Both the position numbers and the translations under genes were made by a program. Shown here piece by piece: positions 48,045-58,838 of a stretch of DNA of 64,000 nucleotides. The DNA comes from a virus. Within the stretch, counting starts at the first letter, position 1. Each line of letters starts with the position of its first letter. Under the pieces are notes generated by a model that was not told the DNA's origin, ran no database searches, and saw nothing but the letters and a program-made list of their open reading frames with translations. Where the stretch lies: positions 64,001 to 128,000 of the IMG/VR virus record IMGVR_UViG_3300017917_002765. One strand, written 5' to 3'.

Positions 48045-49865
48045 TTACTTAACCCTAACTTTGATGTCCAACGCTGGATATTTTATTTCAAACATACTTA
48101 TTGGGTCTCCGAACAATGTGTAATCATTTGATATATCTATCTGTCTAGTAGAAGCATCAATATATGGTTGTGAAATTTCATTAACACTATACTTATCATC
48201 ACCAACCTTATTGTAAACCCTCAAATCAATTACGTTCAATACACCACCGACATTATTTATAGCCTCAACAAGTGGTGATAAATAAACGTTATCACCCATT
48301 TGAAACTTATTTATATCCATAAAGTTTTGTACTGTTGAAATAACTTGTGTCGCAATCTGTGATTGTGGTGACTTTTTATCAATAAATAAATCAATTTCAA
48401 AAGCTAAGTTAATTATTTTACCATTAGATATTTGAACATAATCATTCATCATACGGTAATCAGCTAAATAAGTAGCTATATTTTGTTGAAGTGTACTGGT
48501 AGAATTATTTGTCAGTTTTGAATTACTATCTAAACCTAAAATATAAACTTTAATTTTATTTTGTTCCTCAAAAACACCACATCTGAATGGTACACCAAAT
48601 TGGCCTGGCATTAAACCAATTCTTGTTTGATAATCCTTTATTGTTACAGCTCTATTTTGTGAAGAAAAATTATATCTAACAAAGTTTCTTAATTCTTCAA
48701 CACTTGGAGCATCTTTACCACCTAATGCTGGAAAAGCATTGTTTACAGTAATAGAAGCCCTTACTGCCGTGTTTATGTTCTGGTTTGGACCATTAACAAC
48801 CATGTTTATAATACCAGTATTAGTTAATACATTAACACCTAAATTGGTATCAGACCCACCACCAACTCTATACTTAACAAACATTGTTTCGTTTGCTGTT
48901 GGTGTTTCACCTAATGCTGTGTTATTAATAAAATCACCTATTTGGTTTACTAACGCAGTGTTTGTATCAAAATCAGAAAGACTACTGGTATCTATACTAC
49001 CACCACCAAATATGATTCTAGTAAAACCTAGGTCAGTATATTCACGAATAAATCTCTTGGTTGTTGTTATCCATTTTCCAGGTCTAACCCCTGGATTGTC
49101 ACTTACTTGTGCATTGTCTTCAATAAAAACATCTCCCTCAGCTAAAGCATCAACTTCAAACCATCTATTTTCAACATCTAAAAATTGGTCCAAACTTGGG
49201 TCTTTTGTATAATTGGTTCCTTGAAGTGTAATAATTGAATCAATTGACAAAACGTTATCATCTGGTAATATAAGTTCAAAAAATGGTTTTACATCAACTG
49301 GGTTAATAACCTTTTTAAATATTTTCGTAAAACCATTTACTACGATTTCTCTTTTGACTAATGTATAGTTAATCAAAATATTATTCGAATTGAAGTTTGG
49401 AATAATTAATCTATTTGGAATACCACCAATCGTAAAAGGACTTGAGAAATCTATATCATAAGATGTCTCAAATACTTTTCCACCACCAATTGCTTGAGCA
49501 CCAGCTCTAATTAATGGAGCATAAGATATATCAAAAGTGTCACCAAATGGTGGTACTGTAACAGAAAAATCTACAATGGTTACACTTGGACGTTTTCCTG
49601 GTACCTTTAATCCAAATGTTCTAGCCATTGAAAGAATTGATTTTCTTTCTTGTGCATAATCAATTTGTGTTTCTTGAAACATTCTATCTGTATTAAAAGA
49701 TAGCATGTCACCTACGGCAGCATTTAATTCCAATAGCATCATACCCACTGATGCATCATTAAAATCGTTAAAAATATCTGGATAATACTGTCTAACCATA
49801 TCAACTAGGTCAGACCTTATGTCAGCAAAATTGCGTGATGAATAATTAATACCTTGATTTGCCAT
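48045..49865 (-). CDS. baseplate wedge subunit (T4 gp6-like)
   Basis: INYSSRNFADIRSDL, DFNDASVGMMLLE, AQERKSILSMARTFG, YRVGGG and QNRAVTIKDY motifs. Confidence 0.9.
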   Translation of the reverse strand: MANQGINYSSRNFADIRSDLVDMVRQYYPDIFNDFNDASVGMMLLELNAAVGDMLSFNTDRMFQETQIDYAQERKSILSMARTFGLKVPGKRPSVTIVDFSVTVPPFGDTFDISYAPLIRAGAQAIGGGKVFETSYDIDFSSPFTIGGIPNRLIIPNFNSNNILINYTLVKREIVVNGFTKIFKKVINPVDVKPFFELILPDDNVLSIDSIITLQGTNYTKDPSLDQFLDVENRWFEVDALAEGDVFIEDNAQVSDNPGVRPGKWITTTKRFIREYTDLGFTRIIFGGGSIDTSSLSDFDTNTALVNQIGDFINNTALGETPTANETMFVKYRVGGGSDTNLGVNVLTNTGIINMVVNGPNQNINTAVRASITVNNAFPALGGKDAPSVEELRNFVRYNFSSQNRAVTIKDYQTRIGLMPGQFGVPFRCGVFEEQNKIKVYILGLDSNSKLTNNSTSTLQQNIATYLADYRMMNDYVQISNGKIINLAFEIDLFIDKKSPQSQIATQVISTVQNFMDINKFQMGDNVYLSPLVEAINNVGGVLNVIDLRVYNKVGDDKYSVNEISQPYIDASTRQIDISNDYTLFGDPISMFEIKYPALDIKVRVK

Positions 49866-49866
49866 A

Positions 49867-50253
49867 TTATATGTTAATTATTACGAAATCTGTTGTTTCG
49901 AAAACGTTATCTGTTATTGTGTAATCTATCCTAACCACAGCAGCGTATTCACTCTCTTCTGATGGTGTTACACTGACTTCATTTACTTGTAAGTTAGGTA
50001 GATATTTTTTAACTACATTTGTTATTTCTTGTTTTATCCCACTAAGTGTTAATGAATCATTTGGTTCAAAAATAAACCTCAATAAATCCGTACCAAAGTC
50101 TGGATTGTATAATCTTTGACCCCTTCTGGTTAAAATAAGATGCATTAAATCAGCTTTTATAGCTGACCTATCATCAGAATTTAGATTTAAGAAAAAACCT
50201 TTTGGGCTATTCTTAAATGGATAGTCAATATTTATATATTTTCCTTTAGCCAT
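49867..50253 (-). CDS. baseplate wedge subunit (T4 gp25-like)
   Basis: IKADLMHLILTRRGQRLYNPDFGTDL..FIFEP motif. Late motif at 50268-50275. Confidence 0.9.
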   Translation of the reverse strand: MAKGKYINIDYPFKNSPKGFFLNLNSDDRSAIKADLMHLILTRRGQRLYNPDFGTDLLRFIFEPNDSLTLSGIKQEITNVVKKYLPNLQVNEVSVTPSEESEYAAVVRIDYTITDNVFETTDFVIINI

Positions 50254-50310
50254 TTGCTTGTTTTTACATAAATATTATAGCTAAAGATTTTTGTAAGTAA
50301 ATGTGCAAAT

Positions 50311-50337
50311 AAAAAAGGGCCAATTTAGGCCCTTTTT
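50311..50337 (-). terminator. intrinsic terminator
   Basis: AAAAAGGGCC-aattta-GGCCCTTTTT after nrdA. Confidence 0.9.
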
Positions 50338-50355
50338 ATTATTTTCTATTTTTTT

Positions 50356-52509
50356 TTACGCTGAACAACCAAAACATTCAAATTGACTATCTTTTGGTTT
50401 TTTGGTAACCGATACTTGTGTAGTCGCCAATTTTGTATTGGTTTCTAACTTAGATTTGGTTCTAGTATAGTAAACACCAGTTTTCAACCCACCTTTCCAA
50501 GCATACATCAAAGCACTAGCAATCTTTGCGTATTTTGCATCAGCATGATAAACGTTTAATGATTGTGATTGGTCTACATATTTGTTTCTAATTATAGCTA
50601 AATCTAATAAAACCCTTTGTGGTATCTCCCAAACATCTTTATATCTAAATCTTATGTCTTCTGGAATTTCAACAATACTTTGAATACTTCCCTTGTTTTT
50701 AATAACCTTATCAATCATATCAGAATCCCAAAGTTCGTTTTCAATCAATTCATTAACCAAATATTTGTTAACAACCAAGAACTCACCCTGTCCTACACGT
50801 CTCGTAAATAGATTGGCTGTTACTGGTTCAAATGATTCAAAAGAACCCAATAATATTGCTGATGAAGCAGTTGGCATTAGACCTAATAACAAGCTATTAT
50901 ACATCGGTATAGGTTCTCCAGCTGGTTTTGGTGACCAACCTTCAATATAGGTTTCACCATTAGAATATGGACTACCTTCCCAAGATGGATAATTTACACC
51001 AAGTTCATCAGCCATAGCCATTGATTCTTCAACAGCTGCCTTATACATGGTTTCAAATATTTCATGCATCCACTTTTTAGCTTCATCACTTTCAAAGGAT
51101 ATTTTCTTCTTAGCAAAGAAATCAGCCAAACCAGCAACACCAATTGCCAAAGCTCTTTGGTCTAACCCAGCAGACATACTCCAATCATCACTCCATTTGT
51201 TCTTATTGATAACTTGATTAAGACCTCTAACCATAACCTTTGTTGATTTCTCAATTGATTTAAGACCGTTATGTTCGGTTAGATTAATTGAACCTAATGT
51301 ACATTGCGGAGTGTATCTTGGTTTTGAAGCTTGGAAGACTTCTATACAAAGATTTGATTGTGTAATGGGACCAATATTTGCTTGCATATTACGTCTGTTC
51401 GCATTGTCTTTGAACATAACATATGGTCTTCCGCTTTCAACCTGTGCTTTGATAATTGAGTCGAAGATTTCTTTTGGGTTAATCTTCTTACCTATACCTA
51501 AATCAACAGCTTTTTGGTATTCTGTTTCAAATTCTTCACCCCAAATAGTATGAAGAGCTTTTAATCCAGCTTTTTTGATGTCGTTAGGGCAAAATAAATA
51601 CCAATCTTCATTCTTTTCCAACTTTTTCATGAATAAGTCGTTGATGATAACAGCAGTAAACAAATCCCTAGTTCTCAATTGTTCATCACCTATCGGTAAT
51701 GTAAGTTCCAAGAAATCTAATATGTCTTTATGCCATACTGATAAATAAAGCGCACAGCTACCAGAACGAGAACCTTGCTTATAAAAACGCATTTTAGATT
51801 GAACCATGTCTGCTAAACGAACAACACCACCAGCATTTCCTTGAAATGATTCTACCACGCTATCCTTGCTTCTTAGTGGGTCTATAAGTAATCCAATACC
51901 AGAACCCTCTTTTGATGCCGCAGCTATCTTTGTTAGGGTAGCTTCAATACCTTCAAAAGAATCTTCTTCTAAGTGTGTTAAATTACAACTAATCATACCG
52001 CCTCTTTTTTCAATACCAGCATTGGTATAGATTGGAGTGGCAAAGTTTAATCTTTTAGTTTTAAGTTCTTTTAATAATTCATTCTTAGCCTTTTCATCAT
52101 CACCATGCAAATGACTGGCAACACGCTCATACATACATGATGGTAGTTCAATAGGCGCTTTTGTGTTATCTCTCATTGAATATTTTGATAAGAATGTTGT
52201 TGCAGCAAAGAAATCATAAGTTAAATCTATTGGTTGAAGTTCTTTTCCTATTAACTTTGATTGTCTACTCAATAAAATACGACCACCTAATAAAGCATAG
52301 TCTGGATGTTGAATTATCTTATCAGCAGCTTTAAACGCAATTATCTCATCAATTTCAGTTGTTGTGATGTTGTCAGAAATTAAAGGCATAACCTCAAGAA
52401 ATAGAGCATCAGCATCAACTTTCAATCCAATTGATTGTGCCTTGATTCTACTCAAGATTTTATTAGGCATAAAAGCCTGTGTTGTTTTATCTCTTTTTAC
52501 GATTCTCAT
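50356..52509 (-). CDS. nrdA: ribonucleotide reductase class Ia alpha subunit
   Basis: Starts MRIVKRD (ATP cone). Contains ISCNL, SNLCIE, MPTASS, GVYY and a C-terminal CFGC. Confidence 0.95.
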   Translation of the reverse strand: MRIVKRDKTTQAFMPNKILSRIKAQSIGLKVDADALFLEVMPLISDNITTTEIDEIIAFKAADKIIQHPDYALLGGRILLSRQSKLIGKELQPIDLTYDFFAATTFLSKYSMRDNTKAPIELPSCMYERVASHLHGDDEKAKNELLKELKTKRLNFATPIYTNAGIEKRGGMISCNLTHLEEDSFEGIEATLTKIAAASKEGSGIGLLIDPLRSKDSVVESFQGNAGGVVRLADMVQSKMRFYKQGSRSGSCALYLSVWHKDILDFLELTLPIGDEQLRTRDLFTAVIINDLFMKKLEKNEDWYLFCPNDIKKAGLKALHTIWGEEFETEYQKAVDLGIGKKINPKEIFDSIIKAQVESGRPYVMFKDNANRRNMQANIGPITQSNLCIEVFQASKPRYTPQCTLGSINLTEHNGLKSIEKSTKVMVRGLNQVINKNKWSDDWSMSAGLDQRALAIGVAGLADFFAKKKISFESDEAKKWMHEIFETMYKAAVEESMAMADELGVNYPSWEGSPYSNGETYIEGWSPKPAGEPIPMYNSLLLGLMPTASSAILLGSFESFEPVTANLFTRRVGQGEFLVVNKYLVNELIENELWDSDMIDKVIKNKGSIQSIVEIPEDIRFRYKDVWEIPQRVLLDLAIIRNKYVDQSQSLNVYHADAKYAKIASALMYAWKGGLKTGVYYTRTKSKLETNTKLATTQVSVTKKPKDSQFECFGCSA

Positions 52510-52522
52510 TTTTTTTTGTTGT

Positions 52523-53476
52523 TTAAAATTCTTCATCAAAAATTCCATCAGTAGTTACTGGAATATCTACTCTGGTATATTCACCTTCTCTCTTTTCAAA
52601 GAAGTTATTCTTAGATGACAAACCAATTCTTGACATATATTCCAATGGGTTTGAAACCTTAAATTCTCTTTCACATCCAAAGTCATTTAAAACAATATCT
52701 GTTACATACTGAACATATTTAACCATGTCATTCTTAGTGATACCTTGCAATCCATCAGGCATACTTTCTTCCACAAATGTTTTTTCTACTTCATAACAAC
52801 CAAGTATGATATTCCTTAATTCATCTTGAGAAAGCTTGTAATCATCTTTTAAATAATTGTTATATAGATTTATAGCAAATTCATAATGGAATGTTTCATC
52901 TCTAAGAATAAGTTCATTCATTGCAGCTAAACCTGGCATCTTATTTCTACTTCTAAACCAAAAAACACCAGAAAATACACTAGAAAACGCAATACCCTCT
53001 ACACAAGCAAATGCAACAAGTCTATGTGCAAATGATGGGTGTTGTATCCAATTCTCAGCCCAAGCTGCTTTTTTAGCAACAGCCTGATTACTTTCCATAG
53101 AATTAAATAATTCTTCTTTTTCAAGAAGATTTTTTATGAACGTATCTATTAACAAAGAATACCCATTTGCATGAACTTGTTCAATAAATGTTTGGTGACC
53201 ATAAAAATATTGAGCCTCCAATATCTCAACTTCATTTAGAAAGTTGGTTGCTAGATTATCTATAACTAACCCATCAGATATAGCAAAAAAAGCTAATATG
53301 TTTTTAAGATATGTTTTTTCATTTTCTTTTAATTCATCAAACTTATCTTTGCTCAAATCTGTTTCTTCAGCAACCCAAGTTTGGGATTCCGCTTTTTTAT
53401 ACATTTGCCACAAATCATTATGAATGATTGGGAAAATAGAGTAACGTTTTTTAAGTGTTTTATCTTTTAAATACAT
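52523..53476 (-). CDS. nrdB: ribonucleotide reductase class Ia beta subunit
   Basis: FFAISD, EQVHANGY (radical Tyr), VEGIAF, RDETFH and NFFEKR motifs. Confidence 0.95.
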   Translation of the reverse strand: MYLKDKTLKKRYSIFPIIHNDLWQMYKKAESQTWVAEETDLSKDKFDELKENEKTYLKNILAFFAISDGLVIDNLATNFLNEVEILEAQYFYGHQTFIEQVHANGYSLLIDTFIKNLLEKEELFNSMESNQAVAKKAAWAENWIQHPSFAHRLVAFACVEGIAFSSVFSGVFWFRSRNKMPGLAAMNELILRDETFHYEFAINLYNNYLKDDYKLSQDELRNIILGCYEVEKTFVEESMPDGLQGITKNDMVKYVQYVTDIVLNDFGCEREFKVSNPLEYMSRIGLSSKNNFFEKREGEYTRVDIPVTTDGIFDEEF

Positions 53477-53497
53477 TTTTAATTTTTTTTAATTTTT

Positions 53498-56002
53498 TTA
53501 TTCACCTTCTAAGGCTTCTCGTCTAGCTTTTGAAGCTATAAATACTTCTGCTGCCCTATTAACACCAGCCCTTTCAACATCTTCACGGTGTTCTACACGT
53601 GTTCTACCAACCTTATTTTGATTCATGTCAATTTGTATTTTTGCATTATCAAAAATAATGTCTTCGAATATGATACCGTCCTTACCGAAACGTGATTTAA
53701 GAATAGCCATCGTAGCGGTTCCAGCATCTTTTTGGTCAAGATTCTTTGCTATAGACACAATAAAGTGACCTATTTGACCTTTCTTGATTGAACCACCCAT
53801 TTGGTCAGCTTCTACTACGTTTGCTTTTATAGAACTTCTGTTACCTTGCACGGCTGTCCATCCAGCTACATCTAACTCAGCTAACATTGATTCAAATTGA
53901 CGCATTACACTACCTTCACCAGAGAATATGTCATCATATTGTCTAGATGGTTGTACACAATCAATGTAGTCTAATAGAACAATATCTGGTCTAAAACCTT
54001 CAGCAATTTTTTTTCTGATGTATTGTCTAATCATAGGCATAGTAGTTCCATCACTAGGAAACTTTTTAAGCTTTAAGATACCTCCACCAGATTTTGATTC
54101 TAATTCTTTTTTAACACACATATCAATAATCTCATCCTTATGTAATGCAAGACTATTAAGGTCAATTCCAGACCAACAAGCTAAGTGTTTTCTCTGGATA
54201 ACTTTTGGGTTGTCCTCAAAGAATATTTGTAAAACATTGTGACCATCGTTTACAGCAGTGTTAGCAAGCTTGGTAATCATGGTGGTATTATGCGTTACAA
54301 TATAATCATCAGTAACGTATAAATGTTCTGGGTTATCAACCATAATACATTTAGCATCCTCTTCACCAAAATATTCAATAGATTCTATAAATTTATTTTC
54401 AGAATATTTTGTTCTAGGTTTAAATTTATTTAGTTTTCTAGCTAATCTACTTGGAACAACACCATTATCTGGAAAACTGAAAGTAATTCGATAATATGTT
54501 TTACAAAATGTATCACCATACTTACCAATTTGTTCAGTTATTGACACCCTACCACCTAATGATAGAATTAATTCTCTAATACCAATTGATAAATTTTTAG
54601 AAACCGTGGATATCTCAAGCCTATGTCCGTCAACATACCCATCAGTGTCAACTAATCCTTGTAATAAACTAACCCTATCAGACACTGATGAGTAAAGATA
54701 ATCTGTTGGTATGAATTTAGAGGTGGAATTACTACCATACAAATTAAGCTTAACCAATGAGTCTTTAATACCCAATAACGAAACCTTAATTAATGAGCGT
54801 TTGATTAATACTAATTCACCATCAACGTCTTTTTCAATATTTCTATTTTGTTCACTAATTGAAATATTCTTATAAACTTTATTAACTTCAGAAATGATTT
54901 CATTATCTTTAGTAACAAAATGTGGTTGATTTGACGTTGTTATACAACCATCACCAAGAATTACACCTAATAAATATGGGTCAATTATTAACTCTTTTTT
55001 GTTGAATTCAACTGGTGATACGATAGGAATTTTATAATTTAACCTTTTACCATTCCAAACCTTAACATTATTAACCATATCAATAGTTTTCATCACTTTA
55101 AAAGAGTTGTCTGATTCTAAATAAATAATCTTACCATCTTTTTTAGTTTTCCTATTTCTTTGGTTAATAGTGTTAACACTCCATAAATGTTCAGCGTCAC
55201 ACAATGTTTCTGTACCATCATTTATTTTAACCTTATATATCGGCCTTTTACCTTGTGAGAAAACACCAATTACTTTTGTAGGCTTACCATCTCTACTAAT
55301 AACATATTCACCAACATTAATTTCACCCATTGTTTTCCAACCATTTGGTGTTAATATTTTAGAAAACAATGGTTGAGCTTTACCAACACCAAATGGTGCA
55401 AGTATTACCGCCAATTCACCCTTAGATAAGCCACCGTCCATGACTTCATCCAAACCCTTGATACCAGTTCTTATTGGTTTCCTAAAATCATCAACCAACA
55501 CATTATCAATATTATCAAAAATATCCATGCCATCATCTTTATTGTCACCATGTTCCAATGCTTTCCTTAAAATGGTTTCACATTGTTCATAATTTTCAAT
55601 ATCACCAACATCTATGATTTTTTGAATTTGTTTGATTGATTTTTTTAATTCTTGTTGTTTGCAAAATTTCATTGCGATGTCTTGAACTTTAAGACCATCA
55701 TATGAACTAGCTTCTTGAATCTTGGCTAATTGCTTAATAATATATTTTCTTTGTATATCATCAGTCACGCTTTCAAACAATCTAAACTTAATACTTCCCA
55801 TATCTGGGACAATATCATCTTTTTCTTTAGCTTCTTTTACAGTGGCAGCAATTACTCTTAGATAAGAATCGCTAAAATAATTTGGGTCGACTATATCTAT
55901 AATAGCATTTGCGAATTTTCTATCTATTAACAGTTGAGCTATAAGACGAAATTCATAGTCTATACCCAAAAAAGCTAAATTATCTCTGTTTATCTTTGCC
56001 AT
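53498..56002 (-). CDS. dnaB: DnaB-like replicative helicase containing an intein
   Basis: TGIKGLDEVMDGGL. The P-loop APFGVGK|TT is split by the intein. Also LLDYID, TAVQGNR and KSRFG. Confidence 0.92.
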   Translation of the reverse strand: MAKINRDNLAFLGIDYEFRLIAQLLIDRKFANAIIDIVDPNYFSDSYLRVIAATVKEAKEKDDIVPDMGSIKFRLFESVTDDIQRKYIIKQLAKIQEASSYDGLKVQDIAMKFCKQQELKKSIKQIQKIIDVGDIENYEQCETILRKALEHGDNKDDGMDIFDNIDNVLVDDFRKPIRTGIKGLDEVMDGGLSKGELAVILAPFGVGKAQPLFSKILTPNGWKTMGEINVGEYVISRDGKPTKVIGVFSQGKRPIYKVKINDGTETLCDAEHLWSVNTINQRNRKTKKDGKIIYLESDNSFKVMKTIDMVNNVKVWNGKRLNYKIPIVSPVEFNKKELIIDPYLLGVILGDGCITTSNQPHFVTKDNEIISEVNKVYKNISISEQNRNIEKDVDGELVLIKRSLIKVSLLGIKDSLVKLNLYGSNSTSKFIPTDYLYSSVSDRVSLLQGLVDTDGYVDGHRLEISTVSKNLSIGIRELILSLGGRVSITEQIGKYGDTFCKTYYRITFSFPDNGVVPSRLARKLNKFKPRTKYSENKFIESIEYFGEEDAKCIMVDNPEHLYVTDDYIVTHNTTMITKLANTAVNDGHNVLQIFFEDNPKVIQRKHLACWSGIDLNSLALHKDEIIDMCVKKELESKSGGGILKLKKFPSDGTTMPMIRQYIRKKIAEGFRPDIVLLDYIDCVQPSRQYDDIFSGEGSVMRQFESMLAELDVAGWTAVQGNRSSIKANVVEADQMGGSIKKGQIGHFIVSIAKNLDQKDAGTATMAILKSRFGKDGIIFEDIIFDNAKIQIDMNQNKVGRTRVEHREDVERAGVNRAAEVFIASKARREALEGE
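54287..55378 (-). mobile_element. class 3 intein with LAGLIDADG homing endonuclease (364 aa)
   Basis: Begins with Ala (AQP) and ends VTHN before Thr. It has the W-C-T triad (EHLW, AKCIMV, VTHN) and LAGLIDADG motifs LLGVILGDG and LQGLVDTDG. Confidence 0.9.
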
Positions 56003-56055
56003 TATACTTTAATACTTTAATAACTATTTTATGATAAATATAAGAAAGTGGTTGT

Positions 56056-56553
56056 TTAGACAACCACCTTCTCATAATTTTCTCTACTTAAAAATTCCCT
56101 GATTTCAGATATAATTGATGGAATAACTTCCTTAATATCAACAGCATAACGAACTTTTGTTGGAAAAACATTACCAGAAAATTCACTTTTAGCCACAGAT
56201 TTTTTATCAATTTTTATTTCAAATTGGAAATTATCAATTCTTTCTGGTGTGTTTTTAACAGGTGAATCAATATTTGTAACAAATGGGTTATAATAAGACC
56301 ATAATAATTCTTGTGATTTCTTTTTCAAGAAATTAGGTATTATACCCATGCTACCTAATTGGCCATTATTCATGCCGCAAATAATATCCATAAGCTCTTT
56401 CATTTCATAAGACTTAACGGATTGTTCATTAAAATTGCGGATGTGGAAATACCTCTGACAAATAATGTGATTGTTGATGTAGAGGACGAATTCAAAACGT
56501 TGTTCTTCAATCTTTTTTTGGTCAAACGTATTTGATTTTGTTGTAGTTGTCAT
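56056..56553 (-). CDS. hypothetical protein
   Basis: 165 aa in the replication operon. Confidence 0.8.
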   Translation of the reverse strand: MTTTTKSNTFDQKKIEEQRFEFVLYINNHIICQRYFHIRNFNEQSVKSYEMKELMDIICGMNNGQLGSMGIIPNFLKKKSQELLWSYYNPFVTNIDSPVKNTPERIDNFQFEIKIDKKSVAKSEFSGNVFPTKVRYAVDIKEVIPSIISEIREFLSRENYEKVVV

Positions 56554-56571
56554 TTTTTTTTGTTTAAAATG

Positions 56572-57621
56572 TTAAAAAATATTTTCTCTGTCGATAAGTT
56601 TTTTAAATGGTAAAAGAAATTCTGCGAATCTAGTTTCACCAAGGGTCTTATCCAACCCATTTTTTTTCATCATAATAAGAACATTCTTTAAATCACGCCC
56701 TGATGAATCCAACGTGTTTTCTTTTAGAAGTTCTAATTCACCTACCGCATCTTCTGTTATCATTGGCCGATGTAAATTTACAAGTCTTTCATTAATCTCA
56801 TAAATCTTTTCTTTTTGAACACCATCAGTAACTCTATTGATAATGTTATCCAAAATCTTAAGAGGTTTTTGTTTGGAAGATATGCGCTCTTCTTGTTGTT
56901 TTTTAGCTTTTTCTACGATTTCATCAATAGTTAATTTTTTTGTTTTAAGTTCAGGAAATAAAGATATTAATTTTGTCTCACCTAGACCTTTTATACCCTT
57001 GATACTATCACTAACATCACCAGTCATTGTCTTCATTAAAACGCAATTATCTTTGTGATAACAAAAATACGAAGAATAGTTTGATAAATCAACATAAACC
57101 TTCAAATCTAAAAAATAAATTTTAATATCTTCAGAAAGCAATTGTAGAAAATCCCTATCAGTTGATACAATAGTTATATTCTCATTTTCTTTTTTTGTTA
57201 AACAATAATAAGCAATAAAATCATCACTCTCAATCACTTCATGACTTATTTGTCTAACATACATATCATTTAGATAGTTCCAAACCATCCTACGCTGCAT
57301 TAGCTCGTTTATATCATCAGGTTGAGTACCATTAATGTAATCCTTGCCTCTGCCGCTTTTGTATGGCTCATAAATCTCATAACGAAGCTTGCCACTAAAA
57401 TTACCATCCCAGAAGACATATACCCTATGATATATGTCTTCCGTTAATATCTTTCTTAGGATGGTTAAAAATGAATACAAACCACCAATATGTTCACCAT
57501 GATGATTGTATTCATTTTTGGCACCGAAATACCCCATTTTAAACAGAGCATTTCCATCTACCAAAAGTGTGTTTTGTTTTTTTATTATTTTTTCACCGTT
57601 TTTTGGTGGTCTTTTATTCAC
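56572..57621 (-). CDS. 5'-3' exonuclease / flap endonuclease (PolA N-terminal, T4 RNase H-like)
   Basis: LLVDGN, FWDG, YKSGR, ESDDFIA, STDRDFLQL and GDVSDSIKGIKGLGE motifs. Confidence 0.92.
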   Translation of the reverse strand: MNKRPPKNGEKIIKKQNTLLVDGNALFKMGYFGAKNEYNHHGEHIGGLYSFLTILRKILTEDIYHRVYVFWDGNFSGKLRYEIYEPYKSGRGKDYINGTQPDDINELMQRRMVWNYLNDMYVRQISHEVIESDDFIAYYCLTKKENENITIVSTDRDFLQLLSEDIKIYFLDLKVYVDLSNYSSYFCYHKDNCVLMKTMTGDVSDSIKGIKGLGETKLISLFPELKTKKLTIDEIVEKAKKQQEERISSKQKPLKILDNIINRVTDGVQKEKIYEINERLVNLHRPMITEDAVGELELLKENTLDSSGRDLKNVLIMMKKNGLDKTLGETRFAEFLLPFKKLIDRENIF

Positions 57622-57649
57622 AAATTTAATTTAAAAGGTTAACAAATAA

Positions 57650-58747
57650 TTAAGCCATCATATCTTCTTTGCTTAATCCAATTTCTTCTTTCTCAATTAA
57701 AAAATCATCATATTCAGTGTTCAAGTGTTGTTTGATGAAATCTTTGTGTTCTTCTTTGTAATCATTGATTTTGTCTGGATTCCAATATCCGTGTGGAGTT
57801 GACGCAATCTTACCCTTCTGTTCGATACCGTTAACTTGGTTCTTTTCACACCTGATTCTTGTCTCAACACCAAATTGAAACTCTTCACCATTTAATGTAG
57901 CTTTAAGCTTTTCAGTGCTATGTGTAAGAATTCCTCCAAAGTGGAAGATAAGTCTTGGTGAATAAAAGAATGCTTCACCACCCTTATGTTTGATGACTTT
58001 GTTTTCGTTATCCAACCATATTTGTTGTACAACAGCAAATGTAGCTGTGTATGGAGCATCTTCTCTTCTTGATGCTGGGATACGATAGTTGATAAGAGAT
58101 TTGAAACATGTTGACAATGCACCAGCAGTCCACTGGTTATTGGTTGTTTTTGATGTTGCACCCTTAAAGCAGTTGATTGAACCAACAGAATCCCAGAAGA
58201 AACAAACGTTTCTTGGTAATTTACCTTCTTGTTGTGCATCTAAAATAGTATGCATATGGAATGATACGTCTTCAACCACTGGTTCATATCTTAGTGGTTT
58301 GGTAGTCATTTTGCTGTGTTGGTGGTCGTAGTTAGCGTACATCCTTACTAAGTCTGGACCCTGTAAGAAAATGAAGTCTCCACGATAATTTACCTCACCA
58401 GTTTCTTCATCAACATATTCTTCAAATTGAACACCAACATTTTTTGCATGTTCCCAATTCCAGTTACCTTCTGTTTCATAGATTACTGGTAGGATACCTA
58501 ATTTTTGACACCCAGCAACTCCTTCATATATCGCAGTTGATTTACCCGTGTTTGAATAACCACGGAATGATGTGAAATAACCAACTGGAATTCCTGGAAC
58601 CTTAACAGCATCATGGAACGCTTCTGATAAAGGAATCCATGATAATTCTTTTTCCTTAACTGTGAATGTAAGGCCTTGTGATTTTTTAAAATCTTCTAAA
58701 TCAAATTCTTTTTTTTCAATAGGTTGTTTACTTGGTTTCTTTCCCAT
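57650..58747 (-). CDS. RecA/UvsX-like recombinase
   Basis: Walker A GYSNTGKST, ETE, WDSVGS, GGEAFFY and EKNQV motifs. Confidence 0.85.
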   Translation of the reverse strand: MGKKPSKQPIEKKEFDLEDFKKSQGLTFTVKEKELSWIPLSEAFHDAVKVPGIPVGYFTSFRGYSNTGKSTAIYEGVAGCQKLGILPVIYETEGNWNWEHAKNVGVQFEEYVDEETGEVNYRGDFIFLQGPDLVRMYANYDHQHSKMTTKPLRYEPVVEDVSFHMHTILDAQQEGKLPRNVCFFWDSVGSINCFKGATSKTTNNQWTAGALSTCFKSLINYRIPASRREDAPYTATFAVVQQIWLDNENKVIKHKGGEAFFYSPRLIFHFGGILTHSTEKLKATLNGEEFQFGVETRIRCEKNQVNGIEQKGKIASTPHGYWNPDKINDYKEEHKDFIKQHLNTEYDDFLIEKEEIGLSKEDMMA

Positions 58748-58782
58748 TTTTTAATATTCTTAATGTATTGTTATTCTAGAAT

Positions 58783-58808
58783 AAAAATGGGCGATTCCTC
58801 ACCCATTC
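58783..58808 (-). terminator. intrinsic terminator
   Basis: On the minus strand: AAUGGGUGA-GGAA-UCGCCCAUU followed by a U-rich tail. Confidence 0.75.
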
Positions 58809-58838
58809 TTATTTTTTATGAAACACTAAATCACTATT

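Noticed and set aside
52510-52548. 5' extensions in the ORF track (nrdA from 52548; also 312, 2986, 9476, 48014, 61958)
   Set aside because: They overlap upstream genes or promoter boxes. Downstream ATGs in A-rich context match the domain starts better.
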